A stretch of DNA of 54,550 nt. It comes from Nemertoderma westbladi (Eukaryota > Animalia > Xenacoelomorpha). The notes under the pieces were generated by a model. The model was given only the letters and a program-made list of their open reading frames with translations, was not told where the DNA came from and ran no database searches. The position numbers and the translations under genes are program-made. The stretch covers positions 1 through 54,550 of the forward strand of contig JAUCBJ010002998.1 of assembly GCA_032718475.1 (NCBI GenBank). Reading direction: 5' to 3'. Shown here one piece after another: positions 1 through 13,185 of this stretch. How positions within the stretch are numbered: the stretch's first letter is position 1; every line of letters starts with the position of its first letter.

Positions 1-417
1 TAAATTTAATCGGTAGTCTTCCCACTAAGGTCCGCCAACCACTGCTAAAAAACCCCCGAATAGCGGAAGAATCGAATAATCTTCCTATTCTCGGGCGTAC
101 AACTGTTGCTAACTGTGGCAAATGTGCAACCTCACCAGGGCTACTCTCTCCAGTTGGGGGAAATCATTTTATTACTCAAGTGATGAAGCCTTATCAGCCG
201 ACAGACAATCTGTGTAGTTCAGGGTGCGCAGTGGGGCGCGGGCTAATTTTATTTTATCCGAAAATATCTAATAATAAGTCCGAATACCGAATGTGCTAAA
301 CCTGGGTCAAACAGCTGTCAATAGTACCGGATCACCGACGTTTCAAATGTCAAAATATGTCTATATACTGTCCTACATTCTGCAATCAACTGATCAAATA
401 ACTGAATGAATAACGTT

Positions 418-713
418 CTAGCTCACCCATGTGAAGAATTACCAGGATTTCACTTTTCGGTCGACTTTTTATTGGAATTTTATATATGAAGATTTTTTAT
501 TTTTTTTAATTTATCTTTATTAAGTGTTTTATAGCGCTTATTCCTGTCTTATAACCTGTACATTACATACACTAATTCGTTTATTGTTTTGGTTAGATTC
601 AGCCCTTCTGTAACCTGTGGTTTTGGTGAAAACCTGGAATTCTTCACATGGGGGTAACTGTAAAGTGAAATATAACGGCAGAAAGTCTGGTATTCTTCAC
701 ATGGGCCTTCTAG
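418..713. mobile_element. Small MITE-like element with inverted repeats
   Basis: CCCATGTGAAGAAT (426-439) is inverted at 692-705 (ATTCTTCACATGGG) and again at 639-652; CTAG lies at both outer ends; no coding capacity. Confidence 0.45.
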
Positions 714-1296
714 CTAATATTTTGTCCGCAAGAAAATAGTACTGACAGGTTTTATTTCTATCACTCAACTTATGATACCTACAGATGATACCTAATCCGG
801 CAAAACGAATGCAAATGAGTACTACTCATTTATTTTGCATCGCGCAGTCTAACATGCTAACGGTAGGCCTCTGTAGGGTACTGCCAGTGCAGTAAGCAAA
901 TAACGCAGTTACGTTAGCAAACTGACTACATAATAATTGGCAGTGATTTTTTATGTCCTTTTATTTGACTTTTTTTGTCCTTTTTTTTTTACGAATTATG
1001 CATAATGACTTTTGTTGTCCTTTTAATGACTTTTATTGTCCTTTTAATGACTTTTTATGTATGTATTTCTTCAAACTGTCAGACTGCTGATTTCTGGACT
1101 GTCAGACAGTTGATTTCACTATGCCTGTGCCAAAACATTCCATGATTCCATGATTTATAGACTATGAGATAGATTTCCATATGCGCCTGTGGTAAAAAGA
1201 CTCTATATTTAATAGTTTGTGGTTGTTGTCGATAATCGATTACCACATGACGTAGCAAAACACTCATTTTATAGCCAAAAACAATTACCAATTGAT

Positions 1297-1929
1297 GGAA
1301 AGGAGCAGGTTAAGGCCGAGTTTTCTAACCAAAACAATAAACAGTCACTTTACCAAATCAGGGAAAGGAGCAGGTTACAGAGACGGGATTTTCTAACCAA
1401 AACAATAAACGATCACTTAACTAATTGAGGGAAAGGAGCAGGTTACAGAGGCGGGATTTTCTAACCAAAACAATAAACGATCACTTAACTTATTGAGGGA
1501 AAGGAGCAGGTTACAGAGGCGGGATTTTCTAACCAAAACAATAAACGATCATTTAACTAATTGAGGGAAAGGGACAGGTTACAGAGGCGGAATTTTCTAA
1601 CCAAAACAATAAACGATCACTTAACTAATTGAGGGAAAGGAGCAGGTTACAGAGGCGGGATTTTCTAACCAAAACAATAAACGATCATTTAACTAATTGA
1701 GGGAAAGGGGCAGGTTACAGAGGCGGGCCTTTCTAACCAAAACAATAAACGGTCACTTTACCAATTCAGGGAAAGGAGCAGGTTACAGAGGCGGGATTTT
1801 CTAACCAAAACAATAAACGATCATTTAACTAATTGAGGGAAAGGGGCAGGTTACAGAGGCGGGATTTTCTAACCAAAACAATAAACGATCATTTAACTAA
1901 TTGAGGGAAAGGAGCAGGTTACAGAGACG
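1297..1929. repeat. 68-bp minisatellite, ~9 copies
   Basis: Unit GGGAAAGGAGCAGGTTACAGAGGCGGGATTTTCTAACCAAAACAATAAACGATCACTTAACTAATTGA recurs at 1361, 1429, 1497 and onward (period 68). Confidence 0.95.
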
Positions 1930-3343
1930 ATAAAACTAATACAGTAATAGGCCTAAATTATGTGAAAGGTATATCCACATTTTCCACAATCCTGCAATCC
2001 AGTTTGGCCTATCAATTATTTAAAATTTATTAGCACAACCGGTAGGCCTACCATTACCGTATTTAAATGGTAGGCTACACAGTAGGCCTATAGCAGTACC
2101 GGTGCCGGTACCGGTACTAAAATACAGAAATACCTGCTTTATACCTACATCTGTACATACAATACAGCAAAATAGTGCTATATATACTAATACCGGTACT
2201 GATAGCCTGAGAGAACAGCAGTAGAGAAACCGGTAGCATGGAACCTAACATTAGACTTTTGGAGGACATAAAAAATAAAAAAAAAGGACAAAAAAAGGAT
2301 TTAAACGGACAATAAAAATTATTGCGATAATAATTCCAATCAATCAGTTATTCACGGTACATAATTACTGCATTAAAACATCGAAAGTCTAAAACATTAG
2401 AAACATGAATCATAACAAATTCAACAACTACTGACTGAAGCTAGTAAGAGAATTACATAAGGTGAGTGAGTCATCAACAGTCCAGCACAACAGGTTCCTG
2501 CCAAAGGCAACCAGGATGGATAAGCCAATGAGTGAGCATGATTGTAACCCTACCCTCGGAATATTATATATGGTCATAAAAGTGCTCCGATAGACCCGTA
2601 TACGAGCTATTACGTAATGGTGAATTTTTACATAGGACTTAAGTGGGGTTATACATTTTACTGTCAAATTCGGTTGCGGTGGTATTCCTATTAAATATAC
2701 ACTGTAAATAACAATGTGTTAACTATGAATACAACTGTTTGCGCCCAAGTAAATATAAATGCACTCAAATGTTCCCCTATACTTAATATGACTTGAAATG
2801 ACCGCTAATTCTTATCCCTTCCCCAATTTCCTATAGTATTGCTTCAATTTCCTTCCGAATAGCACTAATATCATTTATCTAAGAAAAAACGTAAAAAATT
2901 CGGGTCTGTTTACTTACTTACTAAATATTAAACGATTATCTACTAAATATATAAATGATTGCCTAGGCATTTTATCAATAAGGTTGAAGAATAACTGTGC
3001 TGTAACTGGTGCAATATCGCCGGATAGACTTTTTTCAAACGCTTGTAGCTAAAAAATGAGAGCAAAAATAAAAATTCTGGCTCACCCAGCAAGGAGGAGG
3101 GAGATGAAACTAACTCTGTTTCAAATATCATACAATCTTATTAAGATTTGTAAAAAAAATTTGAGGGGGGGGGGGGGGGGGGCATGTACCAGTATAACGT
3201 CACATTGGGCAGATAGACGAGTTAACCTCGATCCCGGAGGTTAAACAAAAATATTATGTTTTCATTGGAAAATGAAAAGAGTTACATAAATTTACACTTA
3301 AATCAAAACTGAATATTTTTACTGTAGGCCTACGTCTTTTCTC

Positions 3344-3530
3344 TGTGGGGCGAGCCACGAAGTGAGTGAGCCTTAGCGTAGTGGTACCATTAATCAACCT
3401 GTCGTTCTGTCGTTCTGTCGCGTTTTTTTTTCAGTATTTTATTTTAAACGTTAATAACTCGGCCAATCCTTGATGAAATCTATCCAAACTTGGTACACAT
3501 GTTGTTTGGCAAAAGTTTGAAAATTTTCCA
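3344..3530 (+). mobile_element. Helentron/DINE-like non-autonomous element fragment
   Basis: A 56-bp unit (also tandem at 49968-50275), then a (CTGTCGTT)n microsatellite, then ATAACTC...CCTTGATGAAAT...CCAAACTTGGTACACATGT, which is shared with 54360-54412. This layout is typical of HINE/DINE-1-like elements. Confidence 0.5.
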
Positions 3531-3685
3531 AGTAGAATTTGCGTGGGGCCTTCGTGCAGCATCAGTGTAACTGTTATTGCAGTTATAATACATTGTTTAT
3601 CCAAATTTAAAATGCGTTAAATTATTATTACTGTAGGATAAATCAGCTGGGTTTTCTGACAAATTTTGCAATTCTGCGTGTTTAC

Positions 3686-3822
3686 TTTATTGTTTTGGTT
3701 AAAATAACGTGCCACTGTAACCTGCTCCTTTCCCAAAATTTAGAAATTAATATTGAGGCGGGATATTAATTCGCCAAGATGGGATTTGCGTCCAGTCCCA
3801 CCCCCCTCCTATCTCTTGATTT
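3686..3822. repeat. Dispersed repeat containing the reverse complement of the 68-bp unit
   Basis: TTTATTGTTTTGGTTAAAATAACGTGCCACTGTAACCTGCTCCTTTC...ATTGAGGCGGGATATTAATTCGCCAAG matches 16696-16900; shorter copies at ~580 and ~5399. Confidence 0.8.
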
Positions 3823-3932
3823 CACTAAAAAATAGAATACATTGCATTTTACTGTTATAATTACTGTATTGAATAAAATAATTAATTGATTGTTTATTAA
3901 ACCGTGCTAAGCACGTTGAACTGGAGCTCTAA

Positions 3933-4200
3933 CAATTCCCCACTAGCGGCAGACAGGAACTGTAAAAGTCTCTGTAGAATTTCTAATTAAGCAATGCTCT
4001 TAGGTAACTACTACTAAATTTCAGATGAATCTGATCGTTGGTTCTATAATTACAGCTATTTTTACGTTTCTGTTAATTCGCCCCCTAGCGGCAGACCGGG
4101 GAACTGTAGAAGTCTGTCTGTATGTAGAATTTCTAAATTTTTTTAAGACTACAAGTACAAGTGTACCAAGTTTTGTTCCATTTCATCCTTGATTGACCGA
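3933..4200 (-). mobile_element. Helentron/DINE-like element fragment (same family as 54310-54550)
   Basis: The reverse complement of 4023-4091 (CCGCTAGGGGGCGAATT...GCTGTAATTATAGAACCAAC) matches 54482-54550; internal repeat CTAGCGGCAGAC...GAACTGTA occurs twice. Confidence 0.55.
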
Positions 4201-4734
4201 CTTATTAGCGTTCAAACATTCCTGCCACGAATAAAAGCTGCAGGAACTCGAGCGATAATTAATTTATTTATTATTAAATACTGTTTCAATTAAATTCTTT
4301 ACGAAAATCTAGTCATCTTCTTTTAAATATGGACCCTGCATTCGTGGAAAATATAATATTTGATAATTCATCAGTCACCAGTCAGCCTACGCTAATTTCA
4401 CAGCAAAGTCCTTGTCATGGCCTGTGTGTAGTAGGCCATGGTACCACCCTACTACCGGTACCGGCTGACCGGTGGCAACTAGCACTTGCACAGCAACAGC
4501 CCTACCGGCGATACACAGGTTGAAATTTATGTAGAGTTTGCTCAACAGTACAGATATAAAATAGTTATCTAAATTATATATATTACTATTGACAAGTATT
4601 GAAATATATACCGTTATTCGTGTTATCAGTATTTGCAACATCTGACATTGAAGAGGTGAAAGGAAGATGAATACCGACACTCAACAAAACCAATATAAAA
4701 CAGGTCGAACGCAAAGAGGCAAATATAATGAAGA

Positions 4735-4890
4735 CGAGTACTGCATTGATTATATTCCTATAAACCACCTGGCTTTGCATATTGAACGTGCGTTTGGAAA
4801 TAAGTTCGTGCTACCCTTCCGTGGGTGGTAGATGTCGCGGTTATGTATTGGTGGGTGGGGGAGGGGGGGGGGGGGGGGTTGCGATTAAGT
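4735..4890. repeat. Dispersed repeat shared with 50405-50540
   Basis: TTGATTATATTCCTATAAACCA..TGGCTT.GC.TATTGAA and TGGTGGGTGGG-polyG-TTGC occur in both places. Confidence 0.65.
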
Positions 4891-5509
4891 ACTGTAAGAA
4901 TGCTGAATAATATTCCAAGGATTACATGGGCATTAGATTAACTACTTCTTCGTCAATATTAAATTATCGGTTAGCGGAAATCTTAGGAAGAAAAATCCTC
5001 TGGCAGGACGCCGGTATAGGGGGTAAACGTTTACGCAATCCGGAATAGGCCAGGTCCGAAGCCTACACACCTATACTCAAGCCTACACAGTACACATGCA
5101 AGTACCGGCCTGCCGGTTAGCCAGTACATCTGTCTGTTGATCCTTAAACTGTTGCTTTTAAATTAAATTAAGTTTCCTATCTCTCGTTAATTTTTTTGTT
5201 TCCATTCAATCCGTCTCCGTAACCTGCTTCTCTACTAACCCACCTACAAGTAGGTGCAGAGATGTAAGTGTAGCCTACATAGGCGACAGGCGTAGTATTT
5301 ATCCTCCCGTTGTACAAGGCTGATAATTCATATCCGTACCTGTGTTATTTTCGTATATTGCAATAACAAGACTGTAAACCTATGTTATTGAGATATTGTT
5401 TATTGTTTTGGTTAGAAAAGCCCGCCACTGTAACTTTCCGTTAATTAAGAAATGTAGGGAGAAAACTGGTATCAACTGGTAGAAGTCGCCTCAAATCTTA
5501 GGAGAAGGT

Positions 5510-5720
5510 TATGCAGACAGCCACACTTTATAAGTTCAGAATACTGGCTGGCCGGATGCCATGTTTGTCCAAATCAGGATGTTGGCACATCAGAAGCTTC
5601 TCATCCCATTCCCAGTTTGTACTACGTGTTTTTGTGTGGAGCGAGCCACACAAGTCCATGATGGGTGTAATTAGTTTTCCACTAGCTGTAACTACTGCAT
5701 ACACACAAATGTAAGAGTTG
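5510..5720 (-). pseudogene. Possible decayed DNA-transposase C-terminal fragment (Academ-like)
   Basis: Pieces across shifted minus frames read GLVW / TNWEW / IWTN / ASQYSELIKCGC, which resembles the WGW...WT.LPEAS...ELI.CGC tail of Academ-type transposases; multiple frameshifts. Confidence 0.25.
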
Positions 5721-7105
5721 TGCGTGGTTAAAGTCACAAGCCTCTGATCAAACATGTTTGGCACAAAATAATATTGATTTTATAGTGATTTGTAAGACTG
5801 AACAGTGAGTTTCTATTCGAGTTTCCATTACTCTTCCTTTACTGTAAGAAACAATTTCAACTGAAATAAAATCAGCCACAGCTGTGGCCATAAAATTAAG
5901 AGGAAAAAGATAATTTATTTTTCCTAATAGAGACTGTAAATCAAGATGCTACCAATAAAGCTATCCTAAATTCAGTAGGCGCACACTTATTGCTTATTTT
6001 CGGCATTAATTCAATAATATTTCCGTTAAATTTTGCGTTTCTTTAATTTGGAAACTACAAAATAAATTACAGAAAATGAAATGCATATTGGGTATGCCTT
6101 GATAGTTCTAAAGTAGGAAAGCTACTAGTAAAACACTTGGAAAACATAGAAAATATAGATGAGCAGAAAATTTAACCTACAGGTACATTTAACCCACCTG
6201 TATGTAGTACTCTAAATATGTAATTGTGAATGTACTGGTTCTGGAAACCTATTGTGTTACCATTTACACCATCAGACAGACAGACAGACAGACAGTCCAG
6301 ACGAATCGTAAAATCGATAGGGTCAACCGCATTATTTTCCTATTCACATTAACACCAGGAAACAAATAATGTAGTTACCGTTTCTCCGTTATTAGTTTCC
6401 CTTAAATATATTCCGCAGTGGCAGTACTTTGACATTGGACTGGCGGCGGCTGCTGCATTACAATACCGGTACTATTTGAACTGTAACAGCGCCCCAGGCA
6501 ATGCATTAGTTTAGTAAGGAATCACAAACTGGCTCCAGCTAGGCTCGTTTTAGGCAGACACTCATTACTCCCGTTTTGTGTTTAATAATAATAATGGCTA
6601 AAAGGGAAATTTAATTTCATTTGCTAAATTGGTCACTTGGGCTGGGATGATATATAAATATAAATTTATCGGTGGCTTTATTTTCCAAATGTCAAGAAGG
6701 GATATGACGTATGTGAAGGATATTTTGGGATACCGATTTCGGAAAATATATTAATTTGAGTGATGTGCTTACGTTACGTGACCGATCATATAATAACTTT
6801 CAGCTTCACAACCAAGGTATCACATCAGATAATTCTCTAATATATTAATAACTATTTAATATTTGAATTAATTAAGAAAGCATATATATTAATATGTGTA
6901 ATGGGAGCAGTACAGGCAACCAATGTTTTTCTATTTCATTTAGAGCAGATTTTTTCAAGATTCCAAATTTGAAAACCGTTTAGCACGATCTCCATTACTT
7001 CTCGAGATCTGTCTGCTGTCTGTCCGTTTGTCTGTCGGTCTGTACTTGTACTGTACCTAACAATTACAAACATTAAATATGAGTGGATTCAAACCAACGA
7101 CCATT

Positions 7106-10100
7106 CCAGCCAGACTATACTTTATGTAACACAACTGGCAGCAGTGCATTCTTATACGGGGTAGACCAGCCAGACTATACTTTATGTAACACAACTGGCA
7201 GCAGTGCATTCTTATACGGGGTAGACCAGCCAGACTATACTTAATGTAACACAACTGGCAGCAGTGCATTCTTATACGGGGTAGACCAGCCAGACTATAC
7301 TTTATGTAACACAACTGGCAGCAGTGCATTCTTATACGGGGTAGACCAGCCAGACTATACTTTATGTAACACAACTGGCAGCAGTGCATTCTTATACGGG
7401 TTAGACCAGCCAGACTATACTTTATGTAACACAACTGGCAGCAGTGCATTCTTATACGGGTTAGACCAGCCAGACTATACTTTATGTAACACAACTGGCA
7501 GCAGTGCATTCTTATACGGGGTAGACCAGCCAGACTATACTTTATGTAACACAACTGGCAGCAGTGCATTCTTATACGGGGTAGACCAGCCAGACTATAC
7601 TTTATGTAACACAACTGGCAGCAGTGCATTCTTATACAGGGTAGACCAGCCAGACTATACTTTATGTAACACAACTGGCAGCAGTGCATTCTTATACGGG
7701 GTAGACCAGCCAGACTATAATTTATGTAACACAACTGGCAGCAGTGCATTCTTATACGGGGTAGACCAGCCAGACTATACTTTATGTAACACAACTGGCA
7801 GCAGTGCATTCTTATACGGGGTAGACCAGCCAGACTATACTTTATGTAACACAACTGGCAGCAGTGTATTCTTATACGGGGTAGACCAGCCAGACTATAC
7901 TTTATGTAACACAACTGGCAGCAGTGCATTCTTATACGGGGTAGACCAGCCAGACTATACTTTATGTAACACAACTGGCAGCAGTGCATTCTTATACGGG
8001 GTAGACCAGCCAGACTATACTTTATGTAACACAACTGGCAGCAGTGTATTCTTATACGGGGTAGACCAGCCAGACTATACTTTATGTAACACAACTGGCA
8101 GCAGTGTATTCTTATACGGGGTAGACCAGCCAGACTATACTTTATGTAACACAACTGGCAGCAGTGCATTCTTATACGGGGTAGACCAGCCAGACTATAC
8201 TTTATGTAACACAACTGGCAGCAGTGTATTCTTATACGGGGTAGACCAGCCAGACTATACTTTATGTAACACAACTGGCAGCAGTGCATTCTTATACGGG
8301 GTAGACCAGCCAGACTATACTTTATGTAACACAACTGGCAGCAGTGTATTCTTATACGGGGTAGACCAGCCAGACTATACTTTATGTAACACAACTGGCA
8401 GCAGTGCATTCTTATACGGGGTAGACCAGCCAGACTATACTTTATGTAACACAACTGGCAGCAGTGTATTCTTATACGGGGTAGACCAGCCAGACTATAC
8501 TTTATGTAACACAACTGGCAGCAGTGCATTCTTATACGGGGTAGACCAGCCAGACTATACTTTATGTAACACAACTGGCAGCAGTGTATTCTTATACGGG
8601 GTAGACCAGCCAGACTATTCTTTATGTAACACAACTGGCAGCAGTGCATTCTTATACGGGGTAGACCAGCCAGACTATACTTTATGTAACACAACTGGCA
8701 GCAGTGCATTCTTATACGGGGTAGACCAACCAGACTATACTTTATGTAACACAACTGGCAGCAGTGCATTCTTATACGGGGTAGACCAACCAGACTATAC
8801 TTTATGTAACACAACTGGCAGCAGTGCATTCTTATACGGGGTAGACCAACCAGACTATACTTTATGTAACACAACTGGCAGCAGTGCATTCTTATACGGG
8901 GTAGACCAGCCAGACTATACTTTATGTAACACAACTGGCAGCAGTGTATTCTTATACGGGGTAGACCAGCCAGACTATACTTTATGTAACACAACTGGCA
9001 GCAGTGCATTCTTATACGGGGTAGACCAGCCAGACTATACTTTATGTAACACAACTGGCAGCAGTGCATTCTTATACGGGGTAGACCAGCCAGACTATAC
9101 TTTATGTAACACAACTGGCAGCAGTGCATTCTTATACGGGGTAGACCAGCCAGACTATACTTTATGTAACACAACTGGCAGCAGTGCATTCTTATACGGG
9201 GTAGACCAGCCAGACTATACTTTATGTAACACAACTAGCAGAAGTGCATTCTTATACGGGGTAGACCAGCCAGACTATACTTTATGTAACACAACTGGCA
9301 GCAGTGTATTCTTATACGGGGTAGACCAGCCAGACTATTCTTTATGTAACACAACTGGCAGCAGTGCATTCTTATACGGGGTAGACCAGCCAGACTATAC
9401 TTTATGTAACACAACTGGTAACAGTGCATTCTTATACGGGGTAGACCAGCCAGACTATACTTTATGTAACACAACTGGCAGCAGTGTATTCTTATACGGG
9501 GTAGACCAGCCAGACTATACTTTATGTAACACAACTGGCAGCAGTGCATTCTTATACGGGGGTAGACCAGCCAGACTATACTTTATGTAACACAACTGGT
9601 AGCAGTGCATTCTTATACGGGGTAGACCAGCCAGACTATACTTTATGTAACACAACTGGCAGCAGTGTATTCTTATACGGGGAAGACCAGCCAGACTATA
9701 CTTTATGTAACACAACTGGCAGCAGTGCATTCTTATACGGGGTAGACCAGCCAGACTATACTTTATGTAACACAACTGGCAGCAGTGCATCCTTATACGG
9801 GGTAGACCAGCCAGACTATACTTTATGTAACACAACTGGCAGCAGTGCATTCTTATACGGGGTAGACCAGCCAGACTATACTTTATGTAACACAACTGGC
9901 AGCAGTGTATTCTTATACTGGGTAGACCAGCCAGACTATACTTTATGTAACACAACTGGCAGCAGTGTATTCTTATACGGGGTAGACCAGCCAGACTATT
10001 CATTATGTAACACAACTGGCAGCAGTGCATTCTTATACGGGGTAGACCAGCCAGACTATACTTTATGTAACACAACTGGTAGCAGTGCATTCTTATACGG

Positions 10101-10128
10101 GGTAGACCAGCCAGACTATACTTTATGT
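7106..10128. repeat. 60-bp tandem satellite, ~50 copies
   Basis: Consensus CCAGCCAGACTATACTTTATGTAACACAACTGGCAGCAGTGCATTCTTATACGGGGTAGA; highly homogeneous, with one 1-bp insertion near 9561. Confidence 0.99.
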
Positions 10129-11692
10129 TACAGTCTTTATAGTTCATTTTGAAATTCCATTGACATAAAAAAAACTGTATAACAACTCGTTATTGGTAAG
10201 CTAATCATTTTGGCATCCATCCAGCGCTTAACAGGTGCGACAGTAGGCCACCTACCATACTGCTAGCTTCCATAGATTAAAATACGGGAAATATTGATGG
10301 ATACTACTTGTCAACGCTTCAAATTTATACCAAATCTAATCGGGCGAAAGAAAAAATCCATAGGTATGTGACGTGTTTGTGAGGGTGGGTTATAATGGGG
10401 GGCGTTGTTGCGGGGTATCTGGCCTCGAGCGAGGTCGATACTCACTACCCGACAGTTGGCATTTAAATCGAGTTTGTCGTACCAATCCCGCCCTCCAGGA
10501 CTACGGGGCTATACTGCTTGCACAATTAATCGTTTGACAATAAATTAGTCATTGTAATTGTGAGAAAAACAATGAATGTTGGACAACTTACTTTATTATT
10601 GCAGAATTTCTTACAAAGAGGGGAAATATAAAGTTGGCCTAGTCATTACAATATATACCAATTAATATAACGTAATTAAAACAATACCAGTTAATAAAAC
10701 AATTCAATATAGGCGAAACAATTTATACAATAGACGAAGAAATATCAATGAAGATACACAATAAGTAAAAGAATATCATGTGAATTAGAAAAGTAAATAT
10801 TACAATGAGCTTTCTACTTGTAAAGAATATTACAGATTCCACCACCTTTAAAGTCAAAAACCCACAATGCATTACAATATGTTGGTGGGTCATTTTAACA
10901 TCATTTTAACAATTCCTATATTTAATTTGGCATCAAGAAATAGTTTATTATTACCAAATCAGGTACGGAGGGCGTGTTAATAGAATCCACGAACAATCAT
11001 AAAATATATTACGACTTTCTAAACAACGCCGATTTATACAGCCGATTTATACAGCCGATTTATTTGTTTCCAGATTTTCAAAAGATTTAAATATCGCGGT
11101 TTCGATTTTGATTCTCAAGATTATGTTCTTTATTTTTATTTTTATATTTAATTTTAATCGGCACAATTTCAAAAATACGTATTTTACAACTTATTTGGTA
11201 GCAATTTCATTTTAGATATGATATATATTATCTTTACTTCTCAGTCATTCTTCGCATTTTTATACAAATATATATTTCCATTAAATATCATCAATAATAT
11301 TGATGAAACTATGATGGAACACAAATTGATTTTTAAAACTTACAATTGTTTTGTCAATTTTTGTTTTTTCATGGTAACCATAAAGGAAGATGTAGGCGGT
11401 CCTTAATGGCTCAACATAACCTACATCTTAAGTGCTTGGATTGAGAAATGTCAGTGTCCTTGACTCTATTCGTCAATTTCAAGTTCGGCCAATAATCATC
11501 TTATTGAGTATTCAATCAAACAATTCTCTAATTTTATATACAAGTTTAAACAGTTGGAATGGTGATGTCAGATGATTGGAAAAATATAAAAAATAGCATT
11601 ATAATATATAGTTTAGCTATAAACACCGTCAAAGTGAAATAAAGCAATAAAGTAGTCAATTAGAAACCAGTTCGTATTTCAATAAAAACAAT

Positions 11693-13048
11693 TTATTTAT
11701 TTTTTCCTTCAACGTATTGAGGCCAGTAAATAATCCAGTAGACAGTCATTAAAGTGAAAAATGTTACTGGAAAGAAAATCCGACTGAATTGGTCGATTTT
11801 ACTAACCGAGAAGTCTCTGAGGAACGGTGTAGAACGTTCCTGGGGCACTGGGTGGTTCTGCAACACCCGATTACGCAGCCGTTGCCACGGTGATACAGGA
11901 TCTAAAGGCTGAGTCATAGTAAAGCTCGCCATTGGTTGGTCGTCCTCTTTGTTTTGGTACACCGGTTTGTAATTCATCTTTCTTCCTTCCACATTTTTTC
12001 GCTTCACGACTTCCTGTTCTAGATAACAAACCGCAGCAAATTCAATTAAACTCGCGAAAACAAAGATAAAACAACCAGCGTAATACAGGTCTATGGCTTT
12101 CATGTATGAAATCTTGGGCATGTTGCTGTTGGTTGAGTCTATTAGTGTGAGAATGGTGAGCACAGCTGTGATACCGAGTGCTGCTCTAGCTGGTATGGAG
12201 CTCTGACCCACCCAGAAGGATACCCATGAAAGAATTACAATGAGTGTGCTGGGAACATACATCTGGATGATAAAATACAAGGTGTTGCGCCCGAACGTAA
12301 AGCTGGCCCGAAGAGTGGGCCAGTCACCGGTGCTGAGGTTACGGTAGTACATCTCATAGGTATGGTTGATGATCTGAAAGTTAGCGAGAGTTACCTGATC
12401 TGATTGGGTGATTGCGGTTTGGGAGGTTGAGGTTTCGGAATCATCCATCCAGTGGTAGATGATATCATCTACAGTGTATCCATAACTCGCGATGCGCAAC
12501 TCACAGGTTTGCGTGTCCATCGGGAAGTCGATGAGGTTCATATCACAGCTGTTAGTGACGGTCGCACGAAAACTCATTAGAATCCTGCCGTTTGGATGCA
12601 GACGGAAGAACATATTCTTTGAGGTGACGTCATGGATGTAGGATTCAGTTTCAGAGTGGAAAAAAGAGTCAGGCATCCAGATGTGTTCGGCGAAGTCGTG
12701 GTTGAGCACGATGGATTTAGGCAGTGGGTTGGCGATTCCGATTTGCTCGTATCTGAGTCGTTCATCGACCCAGTACTGTCGAAGGTAGAGAGTCAATGCG
12801 AAGCTCATCTCATATTCCGATATCGGGCCCATATTAACTATGTGAATAGTGGTATCTACTATCAGTGGACTATCGCCTGCTAACGGTCGTAATCGTTTAT
12901 CATAAGGGTCATCCGAGTTGTTTAGTAATTTGTTCAGTATTTCCTGTTGTTTCAAACTCTGAGATGATGATGACGTGCTGCCTATGTGCCATAGGAAGGT
13001 CATAAAAACTATTAGCAAGATTATATCAAACAACTTCGTTCTAAACAT
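11693..13048 (-). CDS. Cys-loop ligand-gated chloride channel subunit (GABA-A/RDL/glycine receptor-like), intronless CDS, ~451 aa, paralog 1
   Basis: First ATG at 13048 (the ORF track starts at a TTG). Signal peptide, YDKRLRP, YLRQYW, IWMPDSFF, Cys-loop CDMNLIDFPMDTQTC, M1 YVPSTLIVILSWVSFW, M2 PARAALGITAVLT, M3, M4 KIDQFSRIFFP. The PAR motif indicates anion selectivity. Confidence 0.95.
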   Translation of the reverse strand: MFRTKLFDIILLIVFMTFLWHIGSTSSSSQSLKQQEILNKLLNNSDDPYDKRLRPLAGDSPLIVDTTIHIVNMGPISEYEMSFALTLYLRQYWVDERLRYEQIGIANPLPKSIVLNHDFAEHIWMPDSFFHSETESYIHDVTSKNMFFRLHPNGRILMSFRATVTNSCDMNLIDFPMDTQTCELRIASYGYTVDDIIYHWMDDSETSTSQTAITQSDQVTLANFQIINHTYEMYYRNLSTGDWPTLRASFTFGRNTLYFIIQMYVPSTLIVILSWVSFWVGQSSIPARAALGITAVLTILTLIDSTNSNMPKISYMKAIDLYYAGCFIFVFASLIEFAAVCYLEQEVVKRKNVEGRKMNYKPVYQNKEDDQPMASFTMTQPLDPVSPWQRLRNRVLQNHPVPQERSTPFLRDFSVSKIDQFSRIFFPVTFFTLMTVYWIIYWPQYVEGKNK

Positions 13049-13110
13049 CTTTTCAAAAATTAACACCGAAATTCGCAGAAATTGCAAATATAATGTTCAT
13101 ATAGTTTATG

Positions 13111-13185
13111 GGTAACTAGGTAACAAGGTAACTAGGTAACGAGGTAACTAGGTAACAAGGTAACTAGGTAACAAGGTAACTAGGT
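13111..13185. repeat. 8/16-bp microsatellite (GGTAACTA/GGTAACAA)n
   Basis: About 9 units of GGTAACNA, ~60 bp upstream of the paralog-1 ATG. Confidence 0.9.

Noticed and set aside
170-215. Penelope-type hammerhead ribozyme-like motif (TGATGAAGCC...CGACA)
   Set aside because: The core is incomplete (no CTGANGA plus GAAA) and the stems cannot be supported.
7057-10152. Long Cys-rich repeat ORFs (725, 210 and 202 aa)
   Set aside because: By-product of a 60-bp unit with stop-free frames; open on both strands, broken by a stop and a frameshift, with no unique domain.
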